DNA from: Spirochaetia bacterium
GTDB lineage: Bacteria; Spirochaetota; Spirochaetia; SZUA-6; Bin103
Length of the DNA stretch: 64,000 bases
Assembly: GCA_965203055.1 (NCBI GenBank)
Contig: OZ241863.1
Coordinates: 2,560,001-2,624,000, forward strand
Direction: 5' to 3'
Made by a program: the position numbers and the translations under genes. The notes beneath the pieces are model-generated. The model saw only the letters and a list, made by a program, of their open reading frames with translations, did no database searches and was not told the origin of the DNA. Below are positions 61,102-64,000 of this stretch, piece after piece (position 1 is the stretch's first letter; each line of letters begins with the position of its first letter).

Positions 61102-61198
61102 CCCCACCGAGCTTCTCAAGCATGCGAAGGAGCTTGTGCCTACGGGGAGAGGACGCCCGCCGAACGCGGCTCTCCGCCGCGGGATCAGTGCGGCGTAG
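61094..61198 (+). pseudogene. N-terminal remnant of a HEPN-like protein
   Basis: MIDPTELLKHAKELVPTGRGRPPNAALRRGISAA* resembles HEPN-like N-termini that continue LRRAxSxAYY. It stops where the Tyr is expected. Confidence 0.5.
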
Positions 61199-61254
61199 CG
61201 TCAAGTACTACTACCCACCGATTTGGCCGGCTATACTTGGGCTAAGCTGAAACA

Positions 61255-62238
61255 GTGGGGGGATCCGGGTACGATCAGGTGGGGCTGTTGCGGCTGCGCG
61301 CTCGGCTCAACCGTTGCGTGCGGCGCTTCTTCGAGGGCGCCGGCTTCGTCGAGGTGGAGACGCCGCTGCTGGCGCCGTGGTTGATTCCCGAGCCCTCCAT
61401 CGCCATCTTCGCCACCGAGCAGCGCCACGCCGGCGGCGCCTCCCGGCCCCTCTACCTGACGCCGTCGCCCGAGTTGTGGATGAAGCGGCTGGTGGCCGCC
61501 GGCTTGCCGCGGGTCTACCAACTGGCGCGCTCGTTCCGCAACGTCGAGGAGCAGGGCGCGTTCCACCGGCACGAGTTCACCATGCTGGAGTGGTACGCCG
61601 CCGACGAGAGCTACCACGACGCGCTGGCGCGCACCGAGCGACTCCTGGCAGCCCTGCGGGCGGAAATGGAGCCGGACGCCCTGCCCTCCCCCGGCACGCG
61701 CCCGCCCCTGCAGCGGGTATCGATGGCGCGCCTGTGGCAGGAGGAGCTGGGCCTCGACCCGGCGCGCGCCTCGGCCGCGGAGCTGCGGGCCGCCGCCCGC
61801 CGGCTGGAGCTCCCGGTGGCCGCCGGCGACACCTGGGAGCAGCTCTTCAATCGCATCTTCCTCACCTGCGTCGAGCCGCTCATCGCCAGGGATCGCCCGG
61901 TGGCGGTGCTCGACTACCCGGCGCGGATTCCCACGCTGGCGCAGACCGCTCCCGACGGCGTGCACGCCCGCCGCTGGGAGCTCTATCTGGCCGGCATCGA
62001 GGTGGCCAACTGCTTCCAGGAGGAGACCGACGCGGCGGCGTTGGACGCGCTGCTGGCGCGCGAGGCGCGGCGCCAGGCGGCGGCGCGGGTCGTGCCGCCG
62101 CCCGATCGGGAGCTGGCGCGGGCATTCGCTCCGGCGGGCGCCTGCTCCGGCGTGGCGGTCGGCCTGGACCGGCTCTACGCGCTGCTGCTCGGGCTCCCCG
62201 CCATCAGCCCCGTCATGGCCTGCGCCGAGCTGTTCTGA
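61255..62238 (+). CDS. epmA: EF-P lysine aminoacylase (EpmA/GenX/PoxA)
   Basis: FVEVETP, LYLTPSPE..MKRL, FRN.E....H..EFTMLEWY and GVAVGLDRL. Adjacent to efp. Confidence 0.9.
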   Translation: MGGSGYDQVGLLRLRARLNRCVRRFFEGAGFVEVETPLLAPWLIPEPSIAIFATEQRHAGGASRPLYLTPSPELWMKRLVAAGLPRVYQLARSFRNVEEQGAFHRHEFTMLEWYAADESYHDALARTERLLAALRAEMEPDALPSPGTRPPLQRVSMARLWQEELGLDPARASAAELRAAARRLELPVAAGDTWEQLFNRIFLTCVEPLIARDRPVAVLDYPARIPTLAQTAPDGVHARRWELYLAGIEVANCFQEETDAAALDALLAREARRQAAARVVPPPDRELARAFAPAGACSGVAVGLDRLYALLLGLPAISPVMACAELF

Positions 62239-62287
62239 ACGCCGCGCCGCGGCGAGCGCATCATTCATGCTATGGTCGCGCCAGCAA

Positions 62288-62853
62288 TGGTAAAGGCAGG
62301 CGCAGTCGACAAGGGCATGTATCTGCTCGTGAAGGGCACTCCGCACCTCGTGGCGGAGCGCGAATTCGTCAATCCCGGCAAGGGTTCGGCCTTCGTGCGG
62401 CTCAAGCTGAAGAATATCCAGACCGGCCTGGTGGTGCGGCAGGTGAACAAGAGCCAGGAGTCGCTCGAGGACGTGGAGATCGACACGGTCGCCGCGCAAT
62501 ACCTCTACGACGACGCCGACGGCTACGTATTCATGAACCTGGAGACCTACGATCAATTCGTGGTGCCGCTCAAGGGGCTGGAGGAGCGCCGCCCCTATCT
62601 GCTGGACGGCGAGACCTATCAGATCGTGGTATGGGACGAGAAGCCGCTGGACATCAAGCTGCCGATCAAGATGGCGCTGGCGGTGAAGGACGCCCCTCAC
62701 GCCGAGCGCGGCGACACCGCTACCGGGGCCACCAAAGTGGCTACCACGGTCACCGATCTCAAGGTCAAGGTGCCGCTGTTCATCAAGGATGGAGACCGCA
62801 TCGTGGTGAATACCGATACCGGGGAGTATGTCGAGCGCTCCTCGCAGGAGTAA
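62288..62853 (+). CDS. efp: translation elongation factor P
   Basis: NPGKGSAF (Lys at the modified position), QYLY, RGDTA and VPLFI motifs. Confidence 0.95.
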
Positions 62854-64000
62854 TGCCACTCCCGCCGCCGCAGCCGCAGCATCCGCCCCCGTACTGGGCG
62901 ATTACCTCCACAAGACGGTCGCCTTCCGGTTCGAAGGCCACACCCTGCGGCTGGCGCTGTCACAGTCGCTGTTCAGCAGCTACGACGTAGATACCGGTTC
63001 CCGGCTGCTGCTTGCCAGCGTCGCGCGCCAACTCGCCGCGCAGCCCGGCGAGCAACGCCGCCTGCAATCGATACTCGACCTGGGCTGCGGCACCGGCGTG
63101 CTGGGACTGGCGCTGGCGAAACGGTACGCCGCGGCCTTGACCGCCCGCGACCGGGACGCCCTGGCACTCGCCGTCACGGCTCACAACGCCGCCGCCAACG
63201 GCATCGAGTGCTCCACCCGCGGCGGCCTGGACACCACCGACTTCGACGGCGCGCGAGAACCCGCCGGCTACCAACTGGTGGTGGCCAACCTGCCCGCCAA
63301 GGCGGGCGCCCCGGTGCTGGCGCGGCTGCTGGCGGGCGCGGCGGAGGCGGCCGTCCCCGCCGGACGGGTTGCCGTGGTGGTGGTGGCGAACTTGGCGGAA
63401 GCGGTGCGCCGCGCGTTCAGCGCCGTCGCGGAGCTGATCCACGAACACCGCGGGCGCGGCCACACCGTGTTCCACGGCCGCCCGCGCCGGCCGCCGCTCG
63501 CAGCCGCGCCCGGCGCCGCGCTGGCCGCCTATCGGCGCCACCAGGGGGACGTTGCCGTGGCCGGTCTCAGCTACCCGCTGGCCACCGTGTACGGGCTGCC
63601 CGACTTCGACACCCCCAGCCATCTGACGCAGCTCACGGCGGCGCTCCTGCAGCGCAGCGCCCTGCCCCCCGCCGCGCCGGCGGGGTGCTCGATACTCGCC
63701 TGGAATCCCGGCCAAGGCCACCTGCCGGCGTGGCTGGCCCGGAGGGCGCCGGAGCGCGGCGGGCTGCGCTTCACGCTGGTGAGCCGCGATGCGCTGCAGT
63801 TGCTCGCCGCGCGCGCCAACCTCACCGGCAACGGGGTCGCGGAGGCGGCGCTGACCATGCGCCACGAAGTCGGCCTGCCGCACGGCGCCGAGGCAGATCA
63901 CGATCTGGCCCTGCTGCGTCCCGACGACGACCTGAGCGCCGCCGCCCGGCGCGCCCTGCCGGCGCGGCTGGCGCCCTTGCTGCGACCCGCCGGACAAGTG
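62828..64000 (+). CDS. class I SAM-dependent methyltransferase (RsmC/MTS-like), partial
   Basis: ATG at 62828 opens a frame that runs off the window: LFSSYDVDTGSRLLL, ILDLGCGTGVLG, VANLPAK. Absent from the ORF track. Confidence 0.8.
   Translation, partial: MSSAPRRSNATPAAAAAASAPVLGDYLHKTVAFRFEGHTLRLALSQSLFSSYDVDTGSRLLLASVARQLAAQPGEQRRLQSILDLGCGTGVLGLALAKRYAAALTARDRDALALAVTAHNAAANGIECSTRGGLDTTDFDGAREPAGYQLVVANLPAKAGAPVLARLLAGAAEAAVPAGRVAVVVVANLAEAVRRAFSAVAELIHEHRGRGHTVFHGRPRRPPLAAAPGAALAAYRRHQGDVAVAGLSYPLATVYGLPDFDTPSHLTQLTAALLQRSALPPAAPAGCSILAWNPGQGHLPAWLARRAPERGGLRFTLVSRDALQLLAARANLTGNGVAEAALTMRHEVGLPHGAEADHDLALLRPDDDLSAAARRALPARLAPLLRPAGQV

Overview
GC-rich bacterial chromosome segment. The bS21, RNase Z and Lon sequences look spirochaetal; this is an inference from sequence alone. 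Two defence-gene regions alternate with housekeeping blocks. (1) At 1-10.2 kb there is an IS256-family left end, then a Druantia type III-like pair (druH/druE, each broken by a 1-nt frameshift) and a vapBC-like toxin-antitoxin (TA) pair, all between two convergent tRNA-Met(CAT) genes. (2) At 10.2-28 kb are rpsU (apparent AUC start), an M23 peptidase, recJ, thpR, recO, lon, an M15 carboxypeptidase, a tsaC-like gene, an ftsB-like gene, rnz and a rhamnose-type ABC transporter. (3) At 28.1-61.2 kb is a complete class 1 DISARM scaffold (drmD, drmMI, drmA, drmB, drmC) stretched to about 33 kb by cargo at three internal positions. The cargo comprises duplicated ABC-ATPase+PIN cassettes, a membrane protein+TIR pair, ATPase+DUF4276, a coupled KAP NTPase / NACHT-LRR / ABC ATPase triad, an AbiE TA pair, a broken ParA module and an ATPase wedged between drmA and drmB. 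(4) The window ends with epmA, efp and a methyltransferase. The best candidate for an undescribed system is the KAP + effector-less NACHT-LRR + ABC-ATPase operon at 41.6-46.8 kb, whose 66-bp LRR array varies mainly at predicted ligand-facing positions. All family assignments come from recognising motifs by eye; no database searches were run.
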